Notes: generated by a model from the letters alone, not told the origin. A stretch of 64,000 nt of DNA from an uncultured Clostridia bacterium (GCA_944359935.1 CALVTD010000001.1:14432-78431); one strand, 5' to 3'; shown: positions 20,407 to 29,161, numbered from the stretch's first letter. Numbers and translations are program-made.

Positions 20407-20758
20407 TTTCTTCCTCCTCTTTTAAAAGTTGCAGCAGGCGGATTTTTTCTTTCTCCAATTCTTCATCGCTCATCTTTTCCACCGAAAAATCACCATAAAA
20501 CTTTTCCAGCAGAATTTTCAGCGCTGACAAATCGGGTGAAAGTTGCTTTTTGGTAACCTTCTTTTTAGCAAGCACCTCTTCTCCATTTTCATCCACGCTG
20601 TATTCACAAACTTGCTCTTTGGCTATGTAACCCAGCGCCTTTTTAAGTAGTGCTTTTTTAAGTTTTTCTTCGCTTAGGTCGCTCAAAATTTCCCCCTCCT
20701 TGCAATAGTTAGCCCATTTTAACCCGCGCATGAGGGCAAATTCAATTTCGAGTGCCAA
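20369..20758 (-). CDS. Small helical protein resembling the C-terminal oligomerisation part of a terminase small subunit (no N-terminal HTH recognised)
   Basis: KKKVTKKQLSPDLSALKILLEKFYGDF resembles the K-x-PD-x-x-A-x-x-LL-x-K motif of Firmicute phage TerS proteins. Start is either TTG 20758 or ATG 20731. Weak call. Confidence 0.3.
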   Translation of the reverse strand: MALEIEFALMRGLKWANYCKEGEILSDLSEEKLKKALLKKALGYIAKEQVCEYSVDENGEEVLAKKKVTKKQLSPDLSALKILLEKFYGDFSVEKMSDEELEKEKIRLLQLLKEEEENANRKVQETDQM

Positions 20759-20811
20759 CTATTATTCACACATTTTGAAGTTGCGAGTAAAATGATAATG
20801 TAGAGGTATTT

Positions 20812-21591
20812 ATGAGCACGCTGCTTGAATTTAAAGATGTTAATTTTTTTTATCAAACCAAAGATGCGGAAATTCACGCACTTAAAGATTTAAACTTTAC
20901 AGTGGATAAAGAAAGTTTTGCGTCTATTGTAGGCCCAAGCGGTTGTGGCAAAACCACAATTTTATCGCTCATTGCAGGACTTTTGAAAAAAAGTTCTGGC
21001 CAGATATTGCTAAACGGAAAAGAAATCGATGAAAATGATTCCCGCATAGGCTACATGTTTCAGCGCGACCATCTTTTTGAATGGCGCAATATTTGGCAAA
21101 ATGTAACACTCGGCATAGAACTCACTAAACCAAAAGATGCCGATAAAAAAAAGGAATTTGCAAAATCCCTTTTAAAAAAATACGACCTCTACGATTTCAT
21201 CTCTTCAAAGCCTCGCGCACTAAGTGGCGGGATGCGACAGAGAGTTGCACTGATTAGAACCTTGGTTATGGAGCCAACGCTGCTGCTGCTTGATGAGCCT
21301 TTTTCTGCGCTGGATTTTCAAACCAGGCTTAGAGTTTGCGACGATGTTTATGAAATAATCAAAAGCGAGAAAAAAACCGCTGTTTTGGTTACGCATGACA
21401 TTTCGGAAGCAATTTCAATGTCAAACAAAGTGATTGTTCTCTCTTCTAGACCCGCAACTGTCAAACATGTACAAATGCTAAATCTTAATGGAGAAACCCC
21501 ACTGTCAAGGCGTGAAGACCCAACTTTTGGCAGCCTTTTCGACTTGATATGGAAAAAACTTACGAATGAAAAACAAACAACTGAAAACTAA
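20812..21591 (+). CDS. ABC transporter ATP-binding protein (NitT/TauT, SsuB-like family)
   Basis: GPSGCGKTT, LSGGMRQRVALIRTL, LLLLDEPFSALD, THD. Confidence 0.85.
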   Translation: MSTLLEFKDVNFFYQTKDAEIHALKDLNFTVDKESFASIVGPSGCGKTTILSLIAGLLKKSSGQILLNGKEIDENDSRIGYMFQRDHLFEWRNIWQNVTLGIELTKPKDADKKKEFAKSLLKKYDLYDFISSKPRALSGGMRQRVALIRTLVMEPTLLLLDEPFSALDFQTRLRVCDDVYEIIKSEKKTAVLVTHDISEAISMSNKVIVLSSRPATVKHVQMLNLNGETPLSRREDPTFGSLFDLIWKKLTNEKQTTEN

Positions 21592-22393
21592 ACCTTCTTC
21601 TGCTGCGCCCTACTCCAAAGCACATGAAAAGTATTTGAAAAGGCTTAGAAATGATAAAATCTTTGTTCTTTCCTTTCAAATTTTAATTCTAGTTTTAATT
21701 ATTGGACTGTGGGAACTTTTAGCAGCAACAAACGTCATTGACCCATTCTTCGTTAGTAGCCCATCAAGAGTGTTTAACATGTTTATAAGTATGGTGGAGA
21801 ATGGAACTATATGGCGACACATTGGCATAACTCTGCTTGAAACTTTGGTGGGGTTTGCCATAGCAACTTTGGGCGGAACGCTGATTGCCATTCTGCTTTG
21901 GTGGAACAAGCGATTAAGGCGAATACTTGAACCCTACATTGTGGTGTTAAATTCACTGCCAAAAATTGCGCTTGGGCCCATCATAATCCTTTGGGTGGGC
22001 TCTGGAATGAGCGCAATCATAACAATGTGTGTGCTTATCTGCATAGTTTTAACCACCATATCCATGCTAAATGCATTCAATTCTTGTGATGCTGATAAAA
22101 TTCAACTGATGAAATCTATGCACGCAAACAAGTTCCAAATATTTTGGAAACTTATTCTCCCCAATGCAACAAGCGAATTTATTTCGGTGTTAAAGATAAA
22201 TGTTGGCATGAGTTGGGTTGGAACTATCATGGGTGAATATCTTTCATCAAGTGCAGGGCTAGGCTATTTAATCGTGTATGGAAGTCAAATATTCAACATC
22301 AATCTTGTAATGACAAGCACAGTTCTGCTTTGCATACTTGCCGCGCTTATGTATCTGGCAATATGCTTAATAGAAAAGTGGCATTCACGCTAG
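21566..22393 (+). CDS. ABC transporter permease (SsuC/TauC-like)
   Basis: Multi-TM protein with an EAA-like loop (LMKSMHANKFQIFWKLILP). It overlaps the ATPase gene. No binding-protein gene is adjacent. Confidence 0.8.
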   Translation: MKNKQLKTKPSSAAPYSKAHEKYLKRLRNDKIFVLSFQILILVLIIGLWELLAATNVIDPFFVSSPSRVFNMFISMVENGTIWRHIGITLLETLVGFAIATLGGTLIAILLWWNKRLRRILEPYIVVLNSLPKIALGPIIILWVGSGMSAIITMCVLICIVLTTISMLNAFNSCDADKIQLMKSMHANKFQIFWKLILPNATSEFISVLKINVGMSWVGTIMGEYLSSSAGLGYLIVYGSQIFNINLVMTSTVLLCILAALMYLAICLIEKWHSR

Positions 22394-23355
22394 GAAGTAT
22401 CTTTCTGTGGCGTAAAAAACAAAATCATCAAAAGAAGAACCCCTAGCACACTTGCAAAGGGATAAAGAAAACTAACAATCGCCCCAAACCCAAACAGCGA
22501 TGCTAGCCCCGGAAATATTATCGCAATAAAGTAGATAAGTTTTTGGGAAAGATTAAACTTTTTGAGAGTTTCGGCGGTTGTGAACACCAATGAGAAAAGT
22601 GTGGTGATGCACCCTGAAAAAACTACAAATCTAATCAAAATTCCCTTCACCCCACTCGATAAAAACACAAGAGGCATGCCCTCTTCCATGCTCGCGGGGT
22701 TTGAAAGAAGCACAAAATTAGTGAGAAGCAGAAAGGCAGAAAGAATAAGGCTGGAAATTAAACTTGCCAAAACTTTCTGCTTTTTTGTCATGTCAAGCCC
22801 AGTTTTGGCAATCACCAGCCCGCTGATGGAAAAATTCAGCACCCAATAAAGCACCGCGAAAAATAGCCCCGCAAACGCGTTTTGTCCCCTAAGCGCAGAA
22901 AAATCTGGCATGCCAAAATTTGAAATCAAAACCACCAGCAGACAAACAAGTGTTGCAGGAATAAGCAGGTTGTTGAGTTTGGCAAGCATCGGCACGCCCT
23001 TTTTTGAAACTCGGCAGCATATAAGAAAAAGCACAACCACAAACACTACTTTCACATAGATGTTATCCGGCAAAACATTTATTGTTCCTGCAATCATGGA
23101 GGCAGTGAAAATTAAGGAAATAATCACACATATGATTGAAAAAAATTTAGACGCCGCAAGTTTGTTCAGCGCCTTTTCGCCCAAACTAAAAAACGCATAA
23201 ATAATTGCAAAAAACGCAAAAAAAGTTAAGGCAATAAAAAAATATGAAACCGCCCCAAACCTAGAAAAAAACACCGCGATTTCCTTGCCGCTTGCAAAAC
23301 CCGAGCCAATCACAGTGCCAATAACAATCATGGCCGCAGAAAAAGTTTTTTTCAT
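22390..23355 (-). CDS. YkvI-family membrane protein (APC-superfamily-like transporter)
   Basis: IGTVIGSGFASGKEIAVFF N-terminal motif; about 10 TM helices. Confidence 0.6.
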   Translation of the reverse strand: MKKTFSAAMIVIGTVIGSGFASGKEIAVFFSRFGAVSYFFIALTFFAFFAIIYAFFSLGEKALNKLAASKFFSIICVIISLIFTASMIAGTINVLPDNIYVKVVFVVVLFLICCRVSKKGVPMLAKLNNLLIPATLVCLLVVLISNFGMPDFSALRGQNAFAGLFFAVLYWVLNFSISGLVIAKTGLDMTKKQKVLASLISSLILSAFLLLTNFVLLSNPASMEEGMPLVFLSSGVKGILIRFVVFSGCITTLFSLVFTTAETLKKFNLSQKLIYFIAIIFPGLASLFGFGAIVSFLYPFASVLGVLLLMILFFTPQKDTS

Positions 23356-23406
23356 TAAAATAAATATATTTTTTTATTTTTTAAAAAATTACGCAAAATA
23401 AGTGGC

Positions 23407-24009
23407 ATGAGAAAACTTTTTCCGCTTTATGCCATAGTTGTTGTGATTGCATGTGGGCTTATCACATGCATTCTTCCATATCCGCTTGTTTCCAAATACA
23501 CAAACTTAACTTCAAAGGATGTTTACAACATCAACAACTATAACGAAAGCGAAGAGCACATTTATTCCCCTTCCAGCCCAGTCAGCGTATCCAACCTAAA
23601 CTGGTTTGACACAGTAAACACCATGTTCAAAACATATCAAAAAACCCGCGTGATTGATATTAAAAGCGGCCTTACATACTATGTTTATCGCAACGGCGGC
23701 CACAATCATGCCGATGTTGAACCAATCAACCAAGAAAACACCGCGATTTTTAAAGAAATATATGGCGGCGTTTGGAGTTGGGCACGGCGCCCTGTTTGGG
23801 TTGAACTTGGTGAAGGCAATTTTGTTGCAGCAAGCATAAACGGCTATCCACACGGGCAAAGTTATGTTGAAAACACAGGAATGGATGGGCACACATGCAT
23901 ACATTTTTTGCTCAGCAAAACGCATGGCACAAAGCGCGTTGACGAAGCCCACCAAGAAGCGGTCGCCTATGCCTATGCTCACAGAGATGAAATTGAAAAT
24001 TATTTGTAA
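23407..24009 (+). CDS. Membrane-anchored hypothetical protein with His-rich C-terminal domain
   Basis: N-terminal TM helix; GGHNHADVEP and GHTCIHF hint at metal binding. No family assigned. Confidence 0.4.
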   Translation: MRKLFPLYAIVVVIACGLITCILPYPLVSKYTNLTSKDVYNINNYNESEEHIYSPSSPVSVSNLNWFDTVNTMFKTYQKTRVIDIKSGLTYYVYRNGGHNHADVEPINQENTAIFKEIYGGVWSWARRPVWVELGEGNFVAASINGYPHGQSYVENTGMDGHTCIHFLLSKTHGTKRVDEAHQEAVAYAYAHRDEIENYL

Positions 24010-24037
24010 AAAAATGCAAATTTAATTGCATTTTTTA
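24009..24037. terminator. Bidirectional terminator
   Basis: AAATGCAA-ATTTAA-TTGCATTT hairpin between convergent genes. Confidence 0.5.
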
Positions 24038-24049
24038 ATAATATTTTGA

Positions 24050-24508
24050 TTATTTATGATAACTTGTTCCAGCAGCGATGTTAAAGGCTCGGTAAATTTG
24101 TTCAATCGCCACAATTCTGGCAAGATTATGCGGCAGGGTTATTTTTCCAAAACTCAATTTTTTATCGGCTGCTTTTTTAACGCCATCACCAACCCCATAT
24201 GAGCCGCCTATAACAAAAGTCAGTGTGCTGTTTAACAGACTGGACTTTTGAATAAACTGGCTAAACTGCTCACTTGAAATTGCCTCACCTTGAACGTCAA
24301 ACAAAATTACGCTGCCTTTGCACTTTTCCAAAATAAGTTTTTCCTCTTTTTGCAAAATGTCTTTTGGCGTGGAGGCAACATTTTTTTCTTCCACCTCAAT
24401 AACATTAAACTTGCAAAATTTTTGCAGGCGCTTTATGTATTCATTTTGGGCTTCAACCCAAAATTTTTCTTTCAAATTTCCCACGCAAACAAGATTAACC
24501 GTAATCAT
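24050..24508 (-). CDS. rlmH: 23S rRNA (pseudouridine1915-N3)-methyltransferase RlmH
   Basis: MITVNLVCVGNLKEKFW...FVIGGSYG...LSFGKITLPHNLARIVAIEQIYRA; start trimmed to MITV. Confidence 0.85.
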   Translation of the reverse strand: MITVNLVCVGNLKEKFWVEAQNEYIKRLQKFCKFNVIEVEEKNVASTPKDILQKEEKLILEKCKGSVILFDVQGEAISSEQFSQFIQKSSLLNSTLTFVIGGSYGVGDGVKKAADKKLSFGKITLPHNLARIVAIEQIYRAFNIAAGTSYHK

Positions 24509-25608
24509 AGCACCCCCCAAACAAAAGTGCAAATTGTAAGCACTGCGCCAAGGCACATGGTTACCGCAAGCAACAGTTTGCCATATTTAGGCATAACAAA
24601 CTTTTGCTCCTGCCCGTCATCCTCGATGATGATAAACTGTTTAAGCCTGTCAAAAGCGTCGCTGCTAAGCGGCTGCCCTGCAACATTGTTTTTCGCATTT
24701 TCCAGGTCCATCAAATACGCCTCTCTCAGCAGTTGCTTGCCAAATTCTTGCTGCATAAGGTTGATGTCGTCTTTTAAACTAAGCGAAGCAATTTTTCTTG
24801 TAAGCAAAAACAGCAGATACAACAAAATCACCAAAATTGCAAGTGTCATAATGATTGCCACAAACACATTTGAACTCAAAACCGCTTCAACCCAACTTAC
24901 AATTTCTCCAAAAGGCAAACCGTTCACCTGTGAGAATGTTAGATAGGTGCTTAAAAAGTTGTTCATGAAATGCACAATCATGGCTGGAACTATCGAATTT
25001 GAAACCATGGTTAAAAATCCCAAGAACAAACCAATTATTGTGGCATAGAAAAACTGCTCAATGTTTAAATGCAACAATCCAAAAAACAGCGCCGAAATCC
25101 AAATGGCTTTGCTTGCGCCAAGCGGACTGAGCGATTTAAGCAGCATGCCTCTGTGAGCAATCTCCTCACAAATGCCTGGCAGCACTGCTGTGAAAATAAC
25201 ATTGACAATAAGCGTAGCAAACGAATATGACGAAATTGCAGAGCCAGAAGCGTGCTCATATCCAAGCAGGCCAATCAAACCATTGAAAGCGCTTGAAACA
25301 AACATATTCAAAAAGAATACAACCGCACCAAGCAAAATGCTGAAACCCACAATCTTCCATGAAACCTTTTTGATGCCAAACTCACCAAAAGTGCGCTTAA
25401 TTTTTTGTTTTTTAAATGCTGAATAAAGAAAAATGCTGCCGCAAAATAACAGCACAATTTGCACAACAATGGTGAAAACATAGTCGCCTGCCTCACCCAT
25501 AAACGACAACAGCCCAAAAGACGACAGCAATCTAAGCGCAACAAAAAGGATGACGATAATAAAATATGTCAACATCGCACTATTAAAAGATTTATATTTT
25601 TCAGCCAT
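24505..25608 (-). CDS. CPBP-family intramembrane glutamic endopeptidase (CAAX protease-like)
   Basis: ICEEIAHRG, FFGLLH, HFMNN motifs in a multi-TM protein with a long C-terminal extension. Confidence 0.75.
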   Translation of the reverse strand: MAEKYKSFNSAMLTYFIIVILFVALRLLSSFGLLSFMGEAGDYVFTIVVQIVLLFCGSIFLYSAFKKQKIKRTFGEFGIKKVSWKIVGFSILLGAVVFFLNMFVSSAFNGLIGLLGYEHASGSAISSYSFATLIVNVIFTAVLPGICEEIAHRGMLLKSLSPLGASKAIWISALFFGLLHLNIEQFFYATIIGLFLGFLTMVSNSIVPAMIVHFMNNFLSTYLTFSQVNGLPFGEIVSWVEAVLSSNVFVAIIMTLAILVILLYLLFLLTRKIASLSLKDDINLMQQEFGKQLLREAYLMDLENAKNNVAGQPLSSDAFDRLKQFIIIEDDGQEQKFVMPKYGKLLLAVTMCLGAVLTICTFVWGVL

Positions 25609-25650
25609 AGTTTTATTATATTCCCTTTGTCCGCTTGTAATTCATTAGGT

Positions 25651-26658
25651 TTAAGCGCTTGGCATAAAACCAATCGCCGTGCCAATTATAAAAATAATCA
25701 CAGCCACGCCAATGCTCACCCAAAATGAAATTGGCATGTTTTTAAAGCCTGTTTTGCTCTGCTGTTTTTCTGTTTGCTGGTCGTTTTCCTCATCCTGATT
25801 TTTGCCTTTAAAGTAAAAGCGCTCTATCAAATAAATCAGCACACCAGCAACAGCCGCAACAACAATGGCAAGCACCCAAACCCATGCATTTGTATATGAC
25901 ACACTCATGTCAAGCCCATGCCTAACGGTGAAGTAGTTGATGATTATAACGATGGCATTGTTTAAAAAGTGAACAAGCATGCTTGTGAAAGTTGAGCCCG
26001 TTCGCATAGCCAGCCAGCCAAGCACAAGCCCAAGCGCGAAAGGATACACAAGTTGCTGAATTGAGCCGTGCATAAGCGCAAACATCAACGCTGAAATGAA
26101 TAGCGCGCTAATGTCGCTAAGCCCCTTTCTAAGGCCGTTAAGAAGAATGCCTCTAAACACCAATTCTTCAAAAATTGCAGGAAGCAGTGCCATCAAAATC
26201 AGCGCAAGCACAAGCCAGCCAAAGTTATCCATAGGAAGAGAAATTTGGGTTAAATTATAGCCACCAAGTTGCAAAACATAGTCTATTCCGCCAATCAAAT
26301 ATTGCATGCCAAACACACAAATAAGTGCCACGGCAAAACAAACCACGGTGTTAACTATGCCAATTTTAAACTTGACTTTTGCGGCGCTAAAACTCACCTT
26401 TTTCACCTTATTGAACGCAAAAAACACAATTGCAAAAGCAATTGGGCTGCACAAGCAAGAAAATATTGTGTAAACCACCGAACTTTCAATGCTCTCCGCT
26501 GGCACCCCAGAGGAGATTACAATTTGGCAGACAAGCACCAGCAACAGCGAAATTACATATGGCGCAACCAATGCACATATGTAAGCAATGCCCATATCCT
26601 GTGGGTTATAAAATTTTGCTTTTTCAAAAGTTTGAGGAGTGATTTTTTGTTTTGTCAT
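25651..26658 (-). CDS. CPBP-family intramembrane glutamic endopeptidase (second, tandem copy)
   Basis: IFEELVFRG, FALMHG, HFLNN. Start placed at ATG 26658 because TTGAAA-16-TATAAT lies immediately upstream (see findings). The alternative ATG is at 26676. Confidence 0.7.
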   Translation of the reverse strand: MTKQKITPQTFEKAKFYNPQDMGIAYICALVAPYVISLLLVLVCQIVISSGVPAESIESSVVYTIFSCLCSPIAFAIVFFAFNKVKKVSFSAAKVKFKIGIVNTVVCFAVALICVFGMQYLIGGIDYVLQLGGYNLTQISLPMDNFGWLVLALILMALLPAIFEELVFRGILLNGLRKGLSDISALFISALMFALMHGSIQQLVYPFALGLVLGWLAMRTGSTFTSMLVHFLNNAIVIIINYFTVRHGLDMSVSYTNAWVWVLAIVVAAVAGVLIYLIERFYFKGKNQDEENDQQTEKQQSKTGFKNMPISFWVSIGVAVIIFIIGTAIGFMPSA

Positions 26659-26715
26659 GACAAAATTATACAACATATGCTGGACTTTTCAAAGCAAATA
26701 AGTTAAAATTTTGTT

Positions 26716-27159
26716 ATGAACAAATTTATCTCAGCCGCAATTAAGCAGGCGCAAAAAGCATATACCGCAGGTGAAATTCCAGTTGGCGCAGTTGTCGTGA
26801 AAGACGGCAAAATTATTTCGCGCGGCTATAACAAACGCGAAAGCAGCCAAATTGCCACCAAGCATGCGGAAATAATTGCCATAGAAAAGGCCTGCAAAAA
26901 ACTTGGCAGTTGGCGGCTGGAAGATTGTGACATCTATGTCAGTTTAGAGCCTTGCCCAATGTGTCTTGGCGCCTGTGTGAATGCCCGATTGAAAAACATC
27001 TATTATGCCGCCGAGCAAACCTCGTCTAGCGACAACATCACCAACCTCATCGCCTCCTCAAACAGGCTAAACCATAAAGTGAACTTGATTTTGATTAAAG
27101 ACGAGCGGGCCTCGACGCTGCTTTCACAATTTTTTACGCAAAAAAGAAGAGCAAACTAA
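26716..27159 (+). CDS. tadA: tRNA adenosine(34) deaminase TadA
   Basis: HAEIIAIEKA and PCPMCLGA zinc-binding motifs. Confidence 0.88.
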   Translation: MNKFISAAIKQAQKAYTAGEIPVGAVVVKDGKIISRGYNKRESSQIATKHAEIIAIEKACKKLGSWRLEDCDIYVSLEPCPMCLGACVNARLKNIYYAAEQTSSSDNITNLIASSNRLNHKVNLILIKDERASTLLSQFFTQKRRAN

Positions 27160-27737
27160 TCTTGCTCTTTTCTTTTAATTATTTCAATAAGCATATCTTT
27201 AAACTCTTGGTCGTTAATTTCGCCCTTGTTCTTTAATTGTCGCAACACATCGATTTTGCGCTTTACGGCCTCATCACTCTCGTGCGCACTTGAAACATCG
27301 CCATAATCATAAACCATCGCTTCGTTGTTGAACTCGCCGCTTCTAAGTTCGCTGGACGGAACATTTTTATAGCAAAATGAAATGTAAAGCAGCAAACATG
27401 CAATGGAAACAAGCCCTCCGCCTATAATGGTCAGCGCGCAACCCGCCTTATATTTACCCGACGAGGTTTGAAAAACTTTATTCGCACCTGTAACCTGCAA
27501 AAGCAAAACACCGCCAATAAGTGAAAGCACGCCCATTATGGCAATAACCACCCCCATCGCAATGAAGGCTTCGCGAGGAATATTGATGCCTGGAATTGCC
27601 ATGCCCATTCCCGTTAAGGCCTCGCCGAAATATCCCGTTGTGGTTGCCAAAATAATGCCCGCAAAAATGCAGCCAATGGCGTCTATAATTGCAAAAATTG
27701 CACTAACTTTCACAAGTGTTGCTTTTGTTTGGTTCAT
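27156..27737 (-). CDS. Four-TM membrane protein with C-terminal SHOCT domain
   Basis: C-terminus VLRQLKNKGEINDQEFKDMLIEII (SHOCT pattern); paralog of the next gene. Confidence 0.6.
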   Translation of the reverse strand: MNQTKATLVKVSAIFAIIDAIGCIFAGIILATTTGYFGEALTGMGMAIPGINIPREAFIAMGVVIAIMGVLSLIGGVLLLQVTGANKVFQTSSGKYKAGCALTIIGGGLVSIACLLLYISFCYKNVPSSELRSGEFNNEAMVYDYGDVSSAHESDEAVKRKIDVLRQLKNKGEINDQEFKDMLIEIIKRKEQD

Positions 27738-27775
27738 GATAATAATATTATACAATAATTTAGAAAAAAATCAAT

Positions 27776-28312
27776 TTATTTTTTTAAAAGGTCAAGCACC
27801 ATGTCATGAAACTCTTGCTCTGTAATTTCACCCTTTTGCTTCATCTCTCTAAGAATTTCAAGTTTGTTTTTAATTTTTTCATTGCCATCTTCCACCTTAG
27901 GTTGTGGCTGAACTGATGGCGCAGGCACCACCTCTGGTTTAGAGTCATCATTCAGTGCAAAAGCGATGTAAAGCAAAATCGCCGACACGCCCACAGCGCC
28001 GCTGCCTATGATTGTGAAAACTGCCCCAGTAATAAACATGCCTTTTCTTTGTTTAATTTTATCGCCCGACACCGAGCACAAAAGCAAAATTCCACCAACA
28101 AGATTAACAATCGCCAGCAAAAACATAACAATACCCATGGCGATAATCATGTTGGTTAACACCGCAATGTCTGCGGTTACCTCAAACCTTAAACTATCTA
28201 CAATAACGCTTGCATTTAAACAAAACACCAGCCCTAAAATAAACATAAAAAAGCACTCAACAAGTGCGATAATGCCGCTCGCTAAAATCAAGCCTTTCTT
28301 TGATTTATTCAT
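27776..28312 (-). CDS. Four-TM membrane protein with C-terminal SHOCT domain (paralog)
   Basis: ILREMKQKGEITEQEFHDMVLDLL; GGAGGAG RBS. Confidence 0.6.
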   Translation of the reverse strand: MNKSKKGLILASGIIALVECFFMFILGLVFCLNASVIVDSLRFEVTADIAVLTNMIIAMGIVMFLLAIVNLVGGILLLCSVSGDKIKQRKGMFITGAVFTIIGSGAVGVSAILLYIAFALNDDSKPEVVPAPSVQPQPKVEDGNEKIKNKLEILREMKQKGEITEQEFHDMVLDLLKK

Positions 28313-28402
28313 TTCTCCTCCTATTTGAATTTTAACATTAAATTTAATTAAAAGTCAATATAAATTCCTTACCTTTATGTTATAATATACTTAGGAGATG
28401 AG

Positions 28403-29161
28403 ATGAACAGAAACATTTTGCTGACAGGCGGAACAAGCGGCATTGGCAAGGGACTGAAAGATTATTTTGAAAGCAAAGGCGACAAGGTGTTTAACCTGTC
28501 TCTTTCTTCGCAAGAATATCCTTGCGATATAACCAACGCCGCCCAACTTGATGCGGTTTTTGAAAAACTGCAAAACATTAAGTTTGACATTTTAATCAAT
28601 TGTGCTGGGCGCGGGCTTTCTGGCGCAGTTGAACTTACCAGCGAAAGCGACGTGCGCGCTCAATTTGAACTCAACTTTTTTGCACTCGTAAGTGTAACAA
28701 AAAAAGCGCTTCCGCTTATGAAAGAAAAAAGCAAAATAATAAACATCAGTTCCACTTGTGCCCTATTTCCGCTGCCGTTTAGGGCTTATTACTGCGCAAG
28801 CAAAGCGGCTGTAAACATGCTAACAGACGGGCTGAGAATGGAACTTAAAAACACAGGCATTCAAGTTGCCGCCATTTGCCCAGGCGAAGTTAAAACCAAC
28901 TTCACTAAAAACCGAGTAAAACATTTTGAAACCAACGCTAGATATGGCGATAGCGTTGAAAAATCCACTTGCTATGTAGACAGCCATGAAGATAAGCGCA
29001 TGAGCGTTGAAAAAGCCGTTAAAAAAATGGCAAAATTCATTGAACGCAAAAAGTTAAAACCTATGACGATTATTGGCAAGCAAAAATATCTTTACTTCAT
29101 CTCTCGCTTTGTGCCAAAAGCGCTGTTTGTTAAAGTTATAGGAAAAATTTTTGTAAAGTAA
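28403..29161 (+). CDS. Short-chain dehydrogenase/reductase (SDR) family oxidoreductase
   Basis: LLTGGTSGIGKG cofactor motif, NISS...YCASKAA catalytic motif. Confidence 0.8.
   Translation: MNRNILLTGGTSGIGKGLKDYFESKGDKVFNLSLSSQEYPCDITNAAQLDAVFEKLQNIKFDILINCAGRGLSGAVELTSESDVRAQFELNFFALVSVTKKALPLMKEKSKIINISSTCALFPLPFRAYYCASKAAVNMLTDGLRMELKNTGIQVAAICPGEVKTNFTKNRVKHFETNARYGDSVEKSTCYVDSHEDKRMSVEKAVKKMAKFIERKKLKPMTIIGKQKYLYFISRFVPKALFVKVIGKIFVK

Larger units (their letters stand above)
13312..20758 (-). mobile_element. Phage-derived head/neck plus holin gene cluster (7.4 kb) lacking terminase large subunit, tail, endolysin, integrase and replication genes
   Basis: Eleven co-directional ORFs with overlapping or abutting stops and starts. 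Portal, scaffold, capsid and holin calls are listed below. Flanks are rpsT/gpr and an ABC transporter. No flanking direct repeats found by eye. Confidence 0.7.

Noticed and set aside
20812-22393. SsuB/SsuC-like ABC pair without a binding protein, considered as a possible riboswitch-controlled vitamin-precursor transporter.
   Set aside because: Only 53 nt lie upstream, which is too short for a riboswitch. The binding protein may simply be encoded elsewhere, so this is not unusual enough to report.
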